Shown here: positions 1 through 10,364 of the stretch, one piece after another
Position numbering within the stretch: the first letter of the stretch is position 1
Layout of the letters: each line of letters opens with the position of its first letter
NCBI GenBank assembly: GCA_963827235.1
Contig: CAWHAE010000008.1
Span: 32,001 to 96,000, forward strand
Length of the DNA stretch: 64,000 bases
From: an uncultured bacterium
GTDB lineage: Bacteria > Chloroflexota > UBA5177 > JANWHV01
Direction: 5' to 3'
Notes under the pieces: model-generated
Database searches by the model: none
What the model was told of the DNA's origin: nothing
What the model saw: only the letters and a program-made list of their open reading frames with translations
Position numbers and translations under genes: made by a program

Positions 1-47
1 CGGTCACGAAGGCGTGGTAGTTCCCATTGGGCGCGGTGGCCTCACTC

Positions 48-2411
48 TCAGAGCCCGAGCGCGTAACTGATGGCCGCCTTCTCCTCCAGGGCGTACCCCT
101 CGGCCCACGCGGCCATGAAAGCGCCTTCCCCCAGCTGCGCGCGAAGCGCCGCAAGGTGCTCATCGTAACGGGCCTGACGCTCCGCGCCGAGTATCGCCCC
201 GATCTGCTCGGTGAGTCGTTCCGCCGCTCCCAGGAGCCGGACGGCACGCTCGGCGTCGCCGTCCTGGCGGACCAGAAAGCTCAGGCCGTGCAAAGTCCAG
301 CGCAGCCCGTCCGTATCCTCCAGGTCGCGCCGCATGGCCAGGCTGTCGAGCAGGCACCTGCGTGCTCGCTCGCGATCGCCGATTAAGAGCGCCGTGTCCC
401 CGATGTTTGCCAGCTGGTGGGCCAGGCTATGCCCGTCCCCCAGCTCGCGAAACACCTGCGCGCACTCCTCGAATGCGGCCAGTGCCTGCTCCAGGTTCCC
501 CTCCTGCTCGGCAAGCACGCCCAGATTGCTCAGCAGACGGGACCGCACCTGCCGGTCACCGGCCGCACCTACGGTAGCCAGGCCCTCCTCATAGAGGTCG
601 CGTGCCCTGCCGTAGTCCTCCTCCTCCAGGGCCACGTTGCCGAGACTGAGCAGACATTGGGCCACCTGACTGCTGTCGCCCGCTGCCCTCCACAGCGCCA
701 GTGCCTCCTCGTATTCGGCTTGCGCCAAAGCCACGTCGCCGAGCCAGTACACCAGGTCGCCCGCCTGCCTCAGCGCCCTGGCCCGCAGCCCGTCCTCGGC
801 CGCAGGCTGTCTTGCGAGCGCCGCCCGCAGCCACTCGCGCCCCTCGCGATACTGGCCTCGCATTTTCCAGAAGTTGCCGAGTGCGGTGGCAAGGCGCAGT
901 CCCAGCAGCCTGTCGCCTTCCTCGAGAATGCACCAGTGCAGCGCCGCGCGCATGTTGTCGCGCTCGGCCACCAGCCGCTCGAGCCACACGCTCTGCTCGG
1001 TACCACGTAGCGCCGGCTCTGCTTGCTCCGCCAGTTCCGTGAAGTAACCCGCGTGCACCCGGCACACCCCGGTCAGGTCGCCGCTCTCCCGAAGCCGGTC
1101 GACGGCGAACTCGCGGATTACTTCCAGCATTGTGAAACGCGCCTCACCATCGGCCGCATCGCTCCGCTGGAGCAGGCTCGCGTCGACCAGCGACGTCAGG
1201 CCGGACAGCACCGCGCCCGGCGGGCCGCCTTCCGATAGGCAGATGGCTTCAGCCGCTTCCATCGTGAGGCCGCCGGCGAACACGGCCACCCGCCGCAGGA
1301 TCGCCTGCGCGGGTGTCTGCAGCAGGTCGTAGCTCCAGGCGATCGTGGTCGCCATGGTCTGCTGCCTCGGTGGCAGGTCGCGTGGTCCTCGGGTCAACAC
1401 CTCGAGGCGCCGCTCCAGTCGGGCGAGCAGGGCGCGCGGCGAGAAGAGCCGTACCTGCGCCGCCGCCAGTTCCAGGGCCAACGGCAGGCCGTCCAGCCGA
1501 GCGCTCACCCCCGCCACCGTTGCCGCGTTCGCCGCGTTCAGCTCGAAGCCTGCTCTCTGCTCTGCCACCCGCTCCAGGAAGACGGTCACCGCGGGCACCT
1601 GTGCGAGGACCTCGAGCGGCGGGAGATGTCCGGGATCGGGCACCGCCAGCGGCTCGACCGTCACCACCGACTCGCCGCGTACGCCCAGCAGAAGTCGGCT
1701 GGTGGCAAGCACCGTGAGCGCGGGACAGTCTTCCAGCAGACGAGCCAGTGCAGGCACGGCAGGGAGCAGGTGCTCGAAGTTGTCCAGTACGAGCAGCAGC
1801 TGCCGGTTCTTCAGGTGGGTAGCCAGCGTCTCGGCTACCGGCCGGCCTTCCTCCGCGCGCAATCCCGTACGCTGCGCCAGCTCCGCCAGAACCAGCTGAG
1901 GTTCTCGCAGCTCGGCCAGGGACACAAAGACCACCCCATGGGCAAAGGCTGTGACCAGTTCCGCGGCAACTGCCAGGGCTAGGCGCGTCTTACCCACGCC
2001 GCCCGGGCCGGTGAGCGTTACCAGTCGCGCCGTCGAGCCCGCGTTCAGTCTGGGCTGCAGGAGGGCGGTAAGCTGCCGCACTTCCGCATCGCGTCCGCGC
2101 AATACGGTCAGCGGTGTCGGCAGCGCGGCCGGCGCGTTAGGCTCGGCGGATTGGCCGGCGCGGGAGCTGGGAGCGCGACGCGGCGCCACGGCCAGGAAGA
2201 CCGCGCGGTCGGCAGCCGGCAGTGCCAGCGCGTCGGCCAGCCGCAGCAGGGTCTCGCGCTGCGGGCTCCGGTTGACTCCGCGCTCCAGGTCGCTAATGCC
2301 CCGCGCGCTTAGACCGGACCGTTCGGCCAGCGCCTCCTGGGACAGCCCTGCTTCCAGGCGCCGGCGCCGCAACTGATCCCCGAAGTGGTCTGTTGGGAGC
2401 TTCGTGGCCAG
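48..2411 (-). CDS. XRE-family HTH / NB-ARC-like ATPase / TPR regulator (STAND-type)
   Basis: HTH FGDQLRRRRLEAGLSQEALAERSGLSARGISDLERG; Walker A GPGGVGKT; LLLVLDNFEHL; GLPLALELAA; C-terminal TPR repeats. Start uncertain: GGAGG precedes CTG at 2411, while the ORF is open to 2492. Confidence 0.9.
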   Translation of the reverse strand: MATKLPTDHFGDQLRRRRLEAGLSQEALAERSGLSARGISDLERGVNRSPQRETLLRLADALALPAADRAVFLAVAPRRAPSSRAGQSAEPNAPAALPTPLTVLRGRDAEVRQLTALLQPRLNAGSTARLVTLTGPGGVGKTRLALAVAAELVTAFAHGVVFVSLAELREPQLVLAELAQRTGLRAEEGRPVAETLATHLKNRQLLLVLDNFEHLLPAVPALARLLEDCPALTVLATSRLLLGVRGESVVTVEPLAVPDPGHLPPLEVLAQVPAVTVFLERVAEQRAGFELNAANAATVAGVSARLDGLPLALELAAAQVRLFSPRALLARLERRLEVLTRGPRDLPPRQQTMATTIAWSYDLLQTPAQAILRRVAVFAGGLTMEAAEAICLSEGGPPGAVLSGLTSLVDASLLQRSDAADGEARFTMLEVIREFAVDRLRESGDLTGVCRVHAGYFTELAEQAEPALRGTEQSVWLERLVAERDNMRAALHWCILEEGDRLLGLRLATALGNFWKMRGQYREGREWLRAALARQPAAEDGLRARALRQAGDLVYWLGDVALAQAEYEEALALWRAAGDSSQVAQCLLSLGNVALEEEDYGRARDLYEEGLATVGAAGDRQVRSRLLSNLGVLAEQEGNLEQALAAFEECAQVFRELGDGHSLAHQLANIGDTALLIGDRERARRCLLDSLAMRRDLEDTDGLRWTLHGLSFLVRQDGDAERAVRLLGAAERLTEQIGAILGAERQARYDEHLAALRAQLGEGAFMAAWAEGYALEEKAAISYALGL

Positions 2412-2637
2412 GTTCCGCCTCCAGTCCGGCCTTCCTGCCGCCCCTGCCGGCCACAGGTGTGCGGCTGGTAGCAACAGCATACCAGCGTGCACTGTTGCGG
2501 ATTGGCCGTGTTACGTGCGCGTTTATGTGAGTACTGTGTGGCCGCGCGCGCTCATCCCGCCAAGAATAGGCAATGGGCGGCCGCCCAAGCAGAGCACTCT
2601 CCGTCAATCTCAATCCCGCAGAAAGGTCGACACAGTC

Positions 2638-3099
2638 ATGCAAACATTTACCTGCCCCGGTCGCCAGCGACGCCATTCGCGCGCACGACTCATCTCACCG
2701 CTACCGGCTGCGCTCGTCCTGGGACTCGCGCTCCCTGCCCTCGCCGCGCCGCCATCGCGGGCCTCGCTGGCCCAGGCATCCGCCCAGACGGTCACTCTGC
2801 GAGCTTCCGCACCCCGCTTTCCCCGAACGCTGCACACCGGACTGGTCGCGCTGACGCTCATCAACGACACGAAGAGCGAGTACAACGCCAGCCTGGGTCG
2901 CGCCAATCCGGGCTTTGCCCAGGCCAGGATCACTACTATCGTCGCCGCGACGAGCATGATCTCCCCGCGGCAAAGTTCGGACGTCACGGTCAAGCTGGTG
3001 CCCGGGCACTACCTGGCAGTCTGTTTCATGCCGGGCCCCACGAAGCACGGCGAGCCCCATGTCATGGAAGGGATGATCGGGCACTTCAGCGTGAGCTGA
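2638..3099 (+). CDS. Secreted cupredoxin-like protein
   Basis: Signal-like hydrophobic stretch; C-terminal PGHYLAVCFMP..GEPHVMEGM (Cys/His/Met type-1 Cu loop); GAAAGG upstream. Confidence 0.7.
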   Translation: MQTFTCPGRQRRHSRARLISPLPAALVLGLALPALAAPPSRASLAQASAQTVTLRASAPRFPRTLHTGLVALTLINDTKSEYNASLGRANPGFAQARITTIVAATSMISPRQSSDVTVKLVPGHYLAVCFMPGPTKHGEPHVMEGMIGHFSVS

Positions 3100-3212
3100 G
3101 CGTCCCGCCATGCACAAGCATGACCGCAGGCCTAGCGGTCATCCTTGGCGGGCGCGACAGACGCCGAGGGCAGCGCCGCCCCCGGCACGATCACGCGGAG
3201 AGGAGGGAATCG

Positions 3213-3707
3213 GTGAACAGGTGCACGGCCATCCTTGGCACCGGCAACACCATCGTGATCGCGGCGAGCACCGCGGACACCGGCGGTCGTCTTGCCCTCC
3301 TGGACCACGAGCTGGCGCCGGGCTTTGTCGCCCTGCCGCTGCATGTCCATACCGCGGAGGACGCTGCAGTCTATGTGCTGGAGGGCACACTGCTGGCGAG
3401 GCAGGATCTTGGCGAGCGGTTGCTTGAGGCGGGAGCGTTCATCTTCCTGCCCCGGGGCACGGCGCATGCGCTGAGCAACCCCTCGCTGGAGCCCGCACGT
3501 TTCCTGATGCTGCTGATTCCGGCAGGCTTCGAGCAGTGCCTCGCCGACCTCGACACCCTGCTCGAGACTGGCGCGCCGTGGGCGTCCCACATCGTCGTGG
3601 CGGCGCTGGCTCGCTACGGTGTGCGCCTGGTGCCTGTCGCCGGGCCGGCGCCGGGCACGCTCACCAGCAGCTCGGGTCGACCACGCTCGTCGCCTGCGCG
3701 CTCTTGA
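3213..3707 (+). CDS. Cupin domain protein
   Basis: PLHVHTAED..YVLEG and FLPRGTAHALSN motifs; AGGAGG SD before GTG 3213. Confidence 0.85.
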   Translation: MNRCTAILGTGNTIVIAASTADTGGRLALLDHELAPGFVALPLHVHTAEDAAVYVLEGTLLARQDLGERLLEAGAFIFLPRGTAHALSNPSLEPARFLMLLIPAGFEQCLADLDTLLETGAPWASHIVVAALARYGVRLVPVAGPAPGTLTSSSGRPRSSPARS

Positions 3708-3823
3708 GCACTGCTCCGCCGCTCGCCGCGATGTAGCACATGCTGGCAACTGATTCCGCCCGTGCGTGTTTCACTCTCAAGTAGAGGCGCCGCACCTACC
3801 GAGCTGCAGCCCGCCGGTGCGGT

Positions 3824-4528
3824 CTAGGATCCCGGATAGACGATGCCGGATCCCGCGTAGCCGTAGTTGCTGCGAGGGCCCAGCCAGGCGTCGGTTGCGT
3901 AGCCCATTTGCTCCCAGTACCCGATCCGCAGCTTGCTGCTGAGAGTGATCCTGTTCACCCACTTGATGTACTTGAATCCGTACATGTCCGGAATGACCAG
4001 GCGGAGCGGATATCCTTGCTCCGCCGATAGCGCTGCGCCGTTGAGCTTGTACCCGAGCAGCACGTCCGGCAGGTGCGCCTGATCCATGCTGAGACTCTCC
4101 GTGTAGCTGCCGTCCGCCGATGAGAGGAGCACGTATCGCGCGTTGGGTAGTGGTTGCACTCGTGCCAGCAAATCGCTGAGCTTTACACCCTCCCAGCGGC
4201 AGTTCGGCACGACCCAGCCCGTGACGCAGTGGTAGTCCTTCACGATGCCGGTGCTCGGCATCGCCAGCAGCTCGGCAAGCTCATACGTGCCGGGAAACTG
4301 CACCAGTCCGTCGACCTTGAGGCGGTAGCTCTTGGCGTCGAGCCGGGGAATGCCGCTCGTCGTGTAGATCTGGAAGCCGTTGACAGAGAACGCCGAGGCA
4401 ATCAGGCTGGCGCCGGGCAGCTTCTTCGCTCCGATCACAAGCCCGGCCAGGCCGGCTGCGAGGGCGGACAGGAATACGCGGCGGCCGACATGGATGGTAC
4501 GTGGCCTGGATGCGGGTTGGCGAGGCAT
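3824..4528 (-). CDS. Molybdopterin-dependent oxidoreductase (sulfite oxidase/MsrP-like), copy 1
   Basis: DYHCVTGW (Mo-ligating Cys), WEGVKLSDLL, EQGYPLRLVIPDMYGFKYIKWV, GYWEQMGY; Tat-like GRRVFL. Confidence 0.9.
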   Translation of the reverse strand: MPRQPASRPRTIHVGRRVFLSALAAGLAGLVIGAKKLPGASLIASAFSVNGFQIYTTSGIPRLDAKSYRLKVDGLVQFPGTYELAELLAMPSTGIVKDYHCVTGWVVPNCRWEGVKLSDLLARVQPLPNARYVLLSSADGSYTESLSMDQAHLPDVLLGYKLNGAALSAEQGYPLRLVIPDMYGFKYIKWVNRITLSSKLRIGYWEQMGYATDAWLGPRSNYGYAGSGIVYPGS

Positions 4529-4805
4529 TCGATTCTGCCTTTCTGCTCGACGGCGATCCTCGCCACGCTTGCAACGAAGTGTAGCGTACATGCTCGTAGT
4601 TACGTACGGCGCCGGCGAGAGATCGGTTTCCTTCCGCGATCACTGCTTGGTGACAGCCCACTGGTCGTCGCCGGTTGACGGCACTCGCCTGCCGAGCTGC
4701 TCTCGCACCCTGCAGGTACCCCGGCACCTGCTTCCGTTGAAACAGGGTGAGCCCAAAGGGTCCACTCTTGCCGAGCTCGAGCGGCAGGAGGCGGTAGCCT
4801 TGGCA

Positions 4806-4851
4806 CGGGTGTGCCGTTCTCCCACGCATGCGTGGGAGAACGGCACACCCG
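4806..4851. repeat. Perfect 46-bp palindrome, probable terminator hairpin of the 4869-5378 gene
   Basis: cgggtgtgccgttctcccacgca|tgcgtgggagaacggcacacccg. Confidence 0.9.
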
Positions 4852-4868
4852 GCATCGCCGGCCTTCGG

Positions 4869-5378
4869 TTACGGCGTGTCGGCCACCGTCACAATCCGAT
4901 GCCATGCTCCATCCACGATCCAGAAGCGTATGGCGTCGCCGGGGCGAGCGTCTCCCTGCGTCACGTACTGGAAGTGGCCGCCCCAGCCGGGTGGCAGGGA
5001 AGTCACGGCCAGCGGCACTGTGACCCAGTTGCGCAGCACCGCGCCGGTCGTCATGTCTCGTATCGCGACGTGTACGCTGCCCGGGAAGGGGAAACAACTG
5101 CCGCCGACCCGCAGGACCGAATAGTGGGCGGACGCACCGGTAGGGTAATGGTGCGACGCGCAGAATGGGGCACTTGGAAGTGGTACGGCAGCGTCGGCCG
5201 CTACCTGATTGCCAGCGGCGCGGGACACCTGGATCGTTGCGCCGTTCGTCGCCGAAGCGCCGATCGTCGGCAGCCCGGATGCGCGCGCCGCCAGCGGTTG
5301 CATTGCCGCCAGCGCGAGAACGACACCAATTGCCAATCCTCTGGCGAACCGTGACCGAGAACCGTGAAGTGCGTGCAT
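4869..5378 (-). CDS. Secreted hypothetical protein
   Basis: Signal peptide RFARGLAIGVVLALAAMQPLAARA; beta-rich mature part with two Cys; SD-like AGAAAGGG/GGAG. Confidence 0.65.
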   Translation of the reverse strand: MHALHGSRSRFARGLAIGVVLALAAMQPLAARASGLPTIGASATNGATIQVSRAAGNQVAADAAVPLPSAPFCASHHYPTGASAHYSVLRVGGSCFPFPGSVHVAIRDMTTGAVLRNWVTVPLAVTSLPPGWGGHFQYVTQGDARPGDAIRFWIVDGAWHRIVTVADTP

Positions 5379-5946
5379 CTCCGGACCCTTTCTGTTGCTC
5401 CTGGCACCCTCTCGTGTGGTGCACAAGCCAACTCTAGGTGTCACGTATTGCCGCGCCATTTCCGAAATATAGCCAACATTAAACAGTGTGTAAGCACTTT
5501 ATGCCAGCGGACGCCGGCGTCCGCGCCGCGCGTACTCGTGATTGCGGTCGTAACCCGTGGGCGCCGGGTGCAGCGGTACCAACGCATGGTAGCGCCGGCA
5601 CTGCCCGTGGCACTCGTCCAGAGCATCTGGATAAATGACCCTAACCGGACTCAGCCGGGTTTGCTCGAGCGCCTCCGTGCCCCCGGCCGGAGGACGAGCG
5701 ACTTCTCCCTGAAGCAGGCAATAGGCTGTGCCGGCGTGGTCGAGATCCCCATGGCGGAGCCGCGGCCGCGCCCAATGCACGCCGCGGCAAGCGATGGCAT
5801 TGTGTTGAGCAGGGCGGGAGACCATACCTTTGCGAGCACGTAGCGCGGCTCCGCGCAAGCGGCCGGGGCGCCCGGGCAGACCGACGAGTTCCTCACCCCC
5901 GTAGCCGGCAGCACCGCCCGCGATGCCGCGGTAGACGCCTCGACCG

Positions 5947-6579
5947 CTACTGGCCCATCGCGGATCGATTGCTGTCCGGGTCACGACCATCGCCACCGAG
6001 CCCGCTGAGCAGCGCCAGCACGCGGCTCCACAGCGTTTCCGCCGCCGTGGCGTCGTATTCGGCCGGCAGGCTGGGGTCGGTAAACAGATGGCCGGCCCCG
6101 GCATACTCGAACAGCTCGAAGGGCGCTCCCGCGGCGCGCACGTCCGCGGCCATGCCGTCGATCTCGGCTTGCTCGCGGAACGGATCGCCTTGCATGAAAT
6201 GTACCTGCACGGGGACGGTGGCCGGCCACGCATCCAGACCCATGATCTTCAGGGGAAGAGCGGCGTGCAGCAGGACGCAGGCCAGTGCGCCCGGACGCGT
6301 TGCCGCCAGCCACTCTGCCGGCGCGCCTCCCGCCGAGAACCCCATGTACACGATCGTGGTGGGCAGTTGCGCCACGTCGTCCGAGGCGCGTCGCAGTAGC
6401 TCCCTGTAGCCGATGCCCTCCTGGTAGGCCATCGCGGGCTCGTACGCGTCAAACCGCGCCTCACCGCGGTACAGGTCGGGCGTATGCACGGTGTGCCCCG
6501 CGGCCCGCAAGCGATCGGCGGCGTCCGTTACGCCGGCCCGGGGGCCAAGCACGGAGTGGAACAACACGATATCGGCCAT
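5947..6579 (-). CDS. Dienelactone hydrolase family alpha/beta hydrolase
   Basis: LFHSVLG, GFSAGG nucleophile elbow, GDPF, YAGAGHLFTD; AAAGGAGG SD. Confidence 0.9.
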   Translation of the reverse strand: MADIVLFHSVLGPRAGVTDAADRLRAAGHTVHTPDLYRGEARFDAYEPAMAYQEGIGYRELLRRASDDVAQLPTTIVYMGFSAGGAPAEWLAATRPGALACVLLHAALPLKIMGLDAWPATVPVQVHFMQGDPFREQAEIDGMAADVRAAGAPFELFEYAGAGHLFTDPSLPAEYDATAAETLWSRVLALLSGLGGDGRDPDSNRSAMGQ

Positions 6580-6807
6580 TGCAGCCTCCTTTGGCTTCGG
6601 AGCTGGCGGTTGAGGTCGAGCCTGAGGTTAACTCCTACCATAGCACCGCCGCCCTGTCGGATCGCGGGAGCTTTCAACGGGTTCCGCGATGGCGATCCGA
6701 TATTCCGCTTGTCACCATGTCTCGCGGCCCGAATGGTCGATTGCCGCCGCTCATCCGCATCGTGTATTCTTACGGCGGGCGTCGACCCGCTCCTCTCGGG
6801 AGGCAGT

Positions 6808-8539
6808 ATGCCGATGGTAGTCTGCTCTGTGTGTGGCGCGGCAACGCTTGAGGATTGCCCGAGCTGTCCGTCCTGCGGAAGCCCTCTTCTTGCCGCCAAA
6901 CAAACGTTTGCCACGGGCGCCGCTGCGACCAGGCCGCTGGGCGGCATGGGGGCGCCGCTCCTGGGCAGCGCAGCGCCTGATCCCGATCCGCAGCTTCAGG
7001 CTGATCGGGAGCCTGGCTCGCCTCCGCGGTCGCCGGCGCCGGGCGGTGACGGCTCGCCGCCGACCACTAGTAGCGCTTCCCTTTCGCTCCGCCAGGGCCA
7101 GCTCGTGGCCGGCCGGTATCGGGTGGATTCACGTATTGGCTTCGGCTCAATGGGCACCGTGTGGCGTGGAACTGATGAACGCCTGGAGGGCCGGCCGTGC
7201 GCGATAAAGACCATCGATCTGACCCGTCTAGGCGCGCATGAGGCCGCCGAGGCCAAGGCGATGTTCGACCGGGAAATCAGCGTGCTCTCAAAGCTCAGCC
7301 ATCCTGGTATCTGCGAGATCCGCGATGTCGTGATGGAAGGCGATGCCCGCTGCCTGATCATGGAGCTCGTGGACGGGCACACGCTGGCCGAGCGCCTGAA
7401 GGTCAATGGCGGCCGTGCATTTCCGGAGGCCACGGTCCTCACCTGGGCGGCCATGCTGGTGGACGCGCTCTCGTACCTGCACCACCTGGATCCACCGATC
7501 ATCTTCCGCGACGTGAAGCCTCAAAACGCGATTCTTCGCCCGGACGGAAGGGTCACCCTTGTCGACTTTGGTATAGCTCGACCGACGGTCGTGGCCGGCG
7601 GCACTGCCATCGGCACCGGAGGTTATGCCCCGCCCGAGCAGTATCAGGGCCTGGCGGACGCTCGTTCGGATGAGTATGCGCTCGCTGCGACGCTGCACCA
7701 CCTTCTCACGGGACGCGACCCGACGCTTTTCACGCCGTTTGTCTTCCCTCGAGCGCGAAGCGTCGTGCCCTCGATCAGCGAGCACGTTGATCTAGCGTTG
7801 GACCGCGCGCTCAACATGGCGAGCACGAGCCGGTTTCCCACCGTGGCCGAGTTCGGCCAGGCATTGCAGGGCCGCCTGAGCGTACATGCCTTGACGGCGG
7901 CGCCGACGGCCGCGGGCGCAGGCGCCTTCGGATCGTACCCGTGGCAGCCGTCCGGCGCCGCGGCGTCACGTGCGCGCTCAGGCGGTGAGGTGGTGCCGTC
8001 CGGTCCGGCTGCCCTGAGCATCTTGTCCGCCTCGGCGTTGGAAAGCGGCTCCGGAGAGTTCGACGTGTACTGCGGCGCGTGCAATCACCGGAACACAGCC
8101 ACGGCCACGTACTGCAACTCCTGTGGGCTCCGCCTGGGCGTCACGCCGGCGGGCTTCTGGATTCGCACCGGCGCCTACGTCATAGACTCCATTGTGCTCT
8201 GGATCGCACAGAAGATCATGGGCCTGGTTCTCGGCGGCCTGATCGGCCTGGACGCGGGCGGGTTCAGCTTCATCGTAAGCTGCGCCGTGTCGCTTGCGTA
8301 CTTTGCTGTGTTCTGGACACGCACGGGGCGCACTCCGGGAATGCAAGCACTCGGTCTGACGGTCCGTGACTGCTCCGGTGACCTCATGACGTGGTCGCAG
8401 GCGATAGGACGCTATCCTCATGCTCTTCGTCAGCTTCCTGTGCATCTTTCTCGGCGTGATCTCGGTTGCCTGGCAGAAAGACAAGCGTGGCTGGCATGAC
8501 CTGGCGAGCGGCACCGAGGTCATTCGCAGCAGACCGTAG
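6808..8539 (+). CDS. Zn-ribbon / Hanks Ser/Thr kinase / Zn-ribbon / RDD membrane-domain fusion (+1 frameshift near 8417)
   Basis: CSVC..CPSC; GFGSMGTVW, AIK, FRDVKPQN, DFG, GYAPPEQ; CGAC..CNSC; RDD GFWIRTGAYVID..GRTPGM, continuing in the shifted frame as ..KRGWHDLASGTEVI to TAG 8539. Confidence 0.88.
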
Positions 8540-8937
8540 CCGGCGTGCGCGTGCGCAGCCGTCGTCTCGACCTCGATTCGAGTTTCCTGGCTGGCTAAAC
8601 TCATCGCGTCGTAGCTCAGCCTCGGCACCGGCTGATCACCGGTCCCCATGACCTGCGCGCAACGGGAGCGGCCGGCCAGCGAACTACCGCTGCGTGGTAT
8701 GGGCCCGTGTCGCCGTGCTGTTTCGAGTCCGGCGTCTGGGGTGGCGGGCATGCTGCGGCGGCGACACCGCGTGTGCGCGGTGCACGCCGGCAGCCCGATC
8801 GTCACCGTGACAGAAGAGACGGCGAGACCAGCCGGACGAAGCCACTACCCGAGTGGGTAGTGGAATTCGATGGCCGGGACGGTGACTGCGTGCGGGCACA
8901 GGTTGTGCAATACTGCGACTGTTCGGGAGGCAGATCG

Positions 8938-10032
8938 ATGTTGCGCCAGATTGACATCGTCCCCCAGCAGGTGTCGGTAGACGCACCTGTAGCCCTCGTC
9001 TTCGATCTCCTGGCCCATGCGGATGTCGGCTGGCTGGCCGAATCGAGCGATCTCACCCGCGACTCCGTGCCGGATGCAACGCAGTCCAACGCGACGCCGG
9101 GGCGGCCGGCTGCTCAGGACGAAGCAACACCGGTCAGGCGGCTCGAGTTGCAGCCGCCTCGGCGTCAGGTGGCCCTCCATGTGGGCGGCCCTTACATCGG
9201 GGCTCGGGACGTGGTGCTCCTTCAGGCGCATGGGTCCGGCACGGACGTCGCCTTGTACGCGCGGATCCCGACGGAGCGCGAGCATGGTGCGGAGCAATTC
9301 ATCAAGCGCGCCTTTGAGCAGGGGGCGCAGTCACACCTGCGCGCGGTCAAGGCAGCGGCTGAAGCACGGGTGCGCGCCGAGCAGCAGCAGGACGAGAGCG
9401 CCATGCGGCTCGTAGAAGGTTTGAGCACGCTCAGCGAGCAGCAGCTGCTCCAGGCCGTGGACGAGCAAGAGGAAGCGGAATTCGGCCATTGCGGCCACGG
9501 ACGCGGTGTCGCGCGGGTAGCCGCGAGTCTTGCCGCGGAGGTCGGGCTGCTGCCCCGCCATCTCGCGGTCCTGCAGCAGGCCGCTCGCTTGCACGACGTG
9601 GGGAAGGTTGGTCTGCCGCGCGCGCTCTGGGCGGCGTCGCGGACGCTCAGCGTCGAAGAGCGCTGCCAGATGGCGCAGCATGTGCGGATCGGCGTAGCGC
9701 TCGCCGGTCGTGCGAGCTTACCCGAATCTGTGCTCGTGACGATGCTTCATCACCATGAATGCTGGGACGGTTCCGGTTATCCCGATCATCTGGCGGGCGA
9801 GTCGATTCCGCTGCGCGCCCGGATTCTGGCCATCGCTGAGAGTGTCGACACGATGCTGCGCGTCTCGTATCGGCGCGATGCTCTCCCCACCGATGCCATT
9901 ATCTCGCGGCTCGAGGCCGATGGCGGTCACCGCTGGGATCCGATGCTGGCGCGTGCGGTGAGTCGCACGCTCCGCGGTAGCAGGCCGGACTGGGTGCCGG
10001 CCGAGGCTCCTCACGCGGCGCTGAGCGCGTGA
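8938..10032 (+). CDS. SRPBCC-like domain fused to an HD-GYP phosphodiesterase
   Basis: N-term VSVDAPVALVFDLLA..GTDVALY..HLRAVKAAAE; C-term LHDVGK, HHHECWDGSGYP, IPLRARILAIA; GGAGG SD. Confidence 0.8.
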   Translation: MLRQIDIVPQQVSVDAPVALVFDLLAHADVGWLAESSDLTRDSVPDATQSNATPGRPAAQDEATPVRRLELQPPRRQVALHVGGPYIGARDVVLLQAHGSGTDVALYARIPTEREHGAEQFIKRAFEQGAQSHLRAVKAAAEARVRAEQQQDESAMRLVEGLSTLSEQQLLQAVDEQEEAEFGHCGHGRGVARVAASLAAEVGLLPRHLAVLQQAARLHDVGKVGLPRALWAASRTLSVEERCQMAQHVRIGVALAGRASLPESVLVTMLHHHECWDGSGYPDHLAGESIPLRARILAIAESVDTMLRVSYRRDALPTDAIISRLEADGGHRWDPMLARAVSRTLRGSRPDWVPAEAPHAALSA

Positions 10033-10199
10033 TCGTGGCAACGGTGGCCCTGCCGGCTACCGGTACTAGAGCGACACCGATTCGGCCGGACGTCCGCAAT
10101 GGACGGCAAACCCGGCGCACGCCACGGTCGTCTCCGGCGCACCGGTCGGAGAGCTCTCGGTCATCTACGATCCGGGTCTCCAGTGCTGGCTGATGACCT

Positions 10200-10324
10200 A
10201 TCTGCATGGGGGCGACGACGCGCAGGTGTGCCCCTTGGGCCTTGGCGAGCCTGACCGCTTCCTGCACGGCATGCCCCGACGTGATGCCGCCATTGACCGC
10301 GACCAAGCTGCGCCGGTGCACCAT
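10200..10324 (-). pseudogene. Universal stress protein N-terminal relic
   Basis: RRSLVAVNGGITSGHAVQEAVRLAKAQGAHLRVV resembles the USP beta1-alpha1-beta2 segment, then degenerates. Confidence 0.6.
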
Positions 10325-10364
10325 GCCATCCTCCTCGAAATCCTCAGGGCTGACGCCGTCCGGG

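Noticed and set aside
4600-4800. Moco riboswitch upstream of the Mo enzyme
   Set aside because: It lacks the GCCTCCCG..GAAAGG consensus, and a -10-like TACACT lies closer to the gene.
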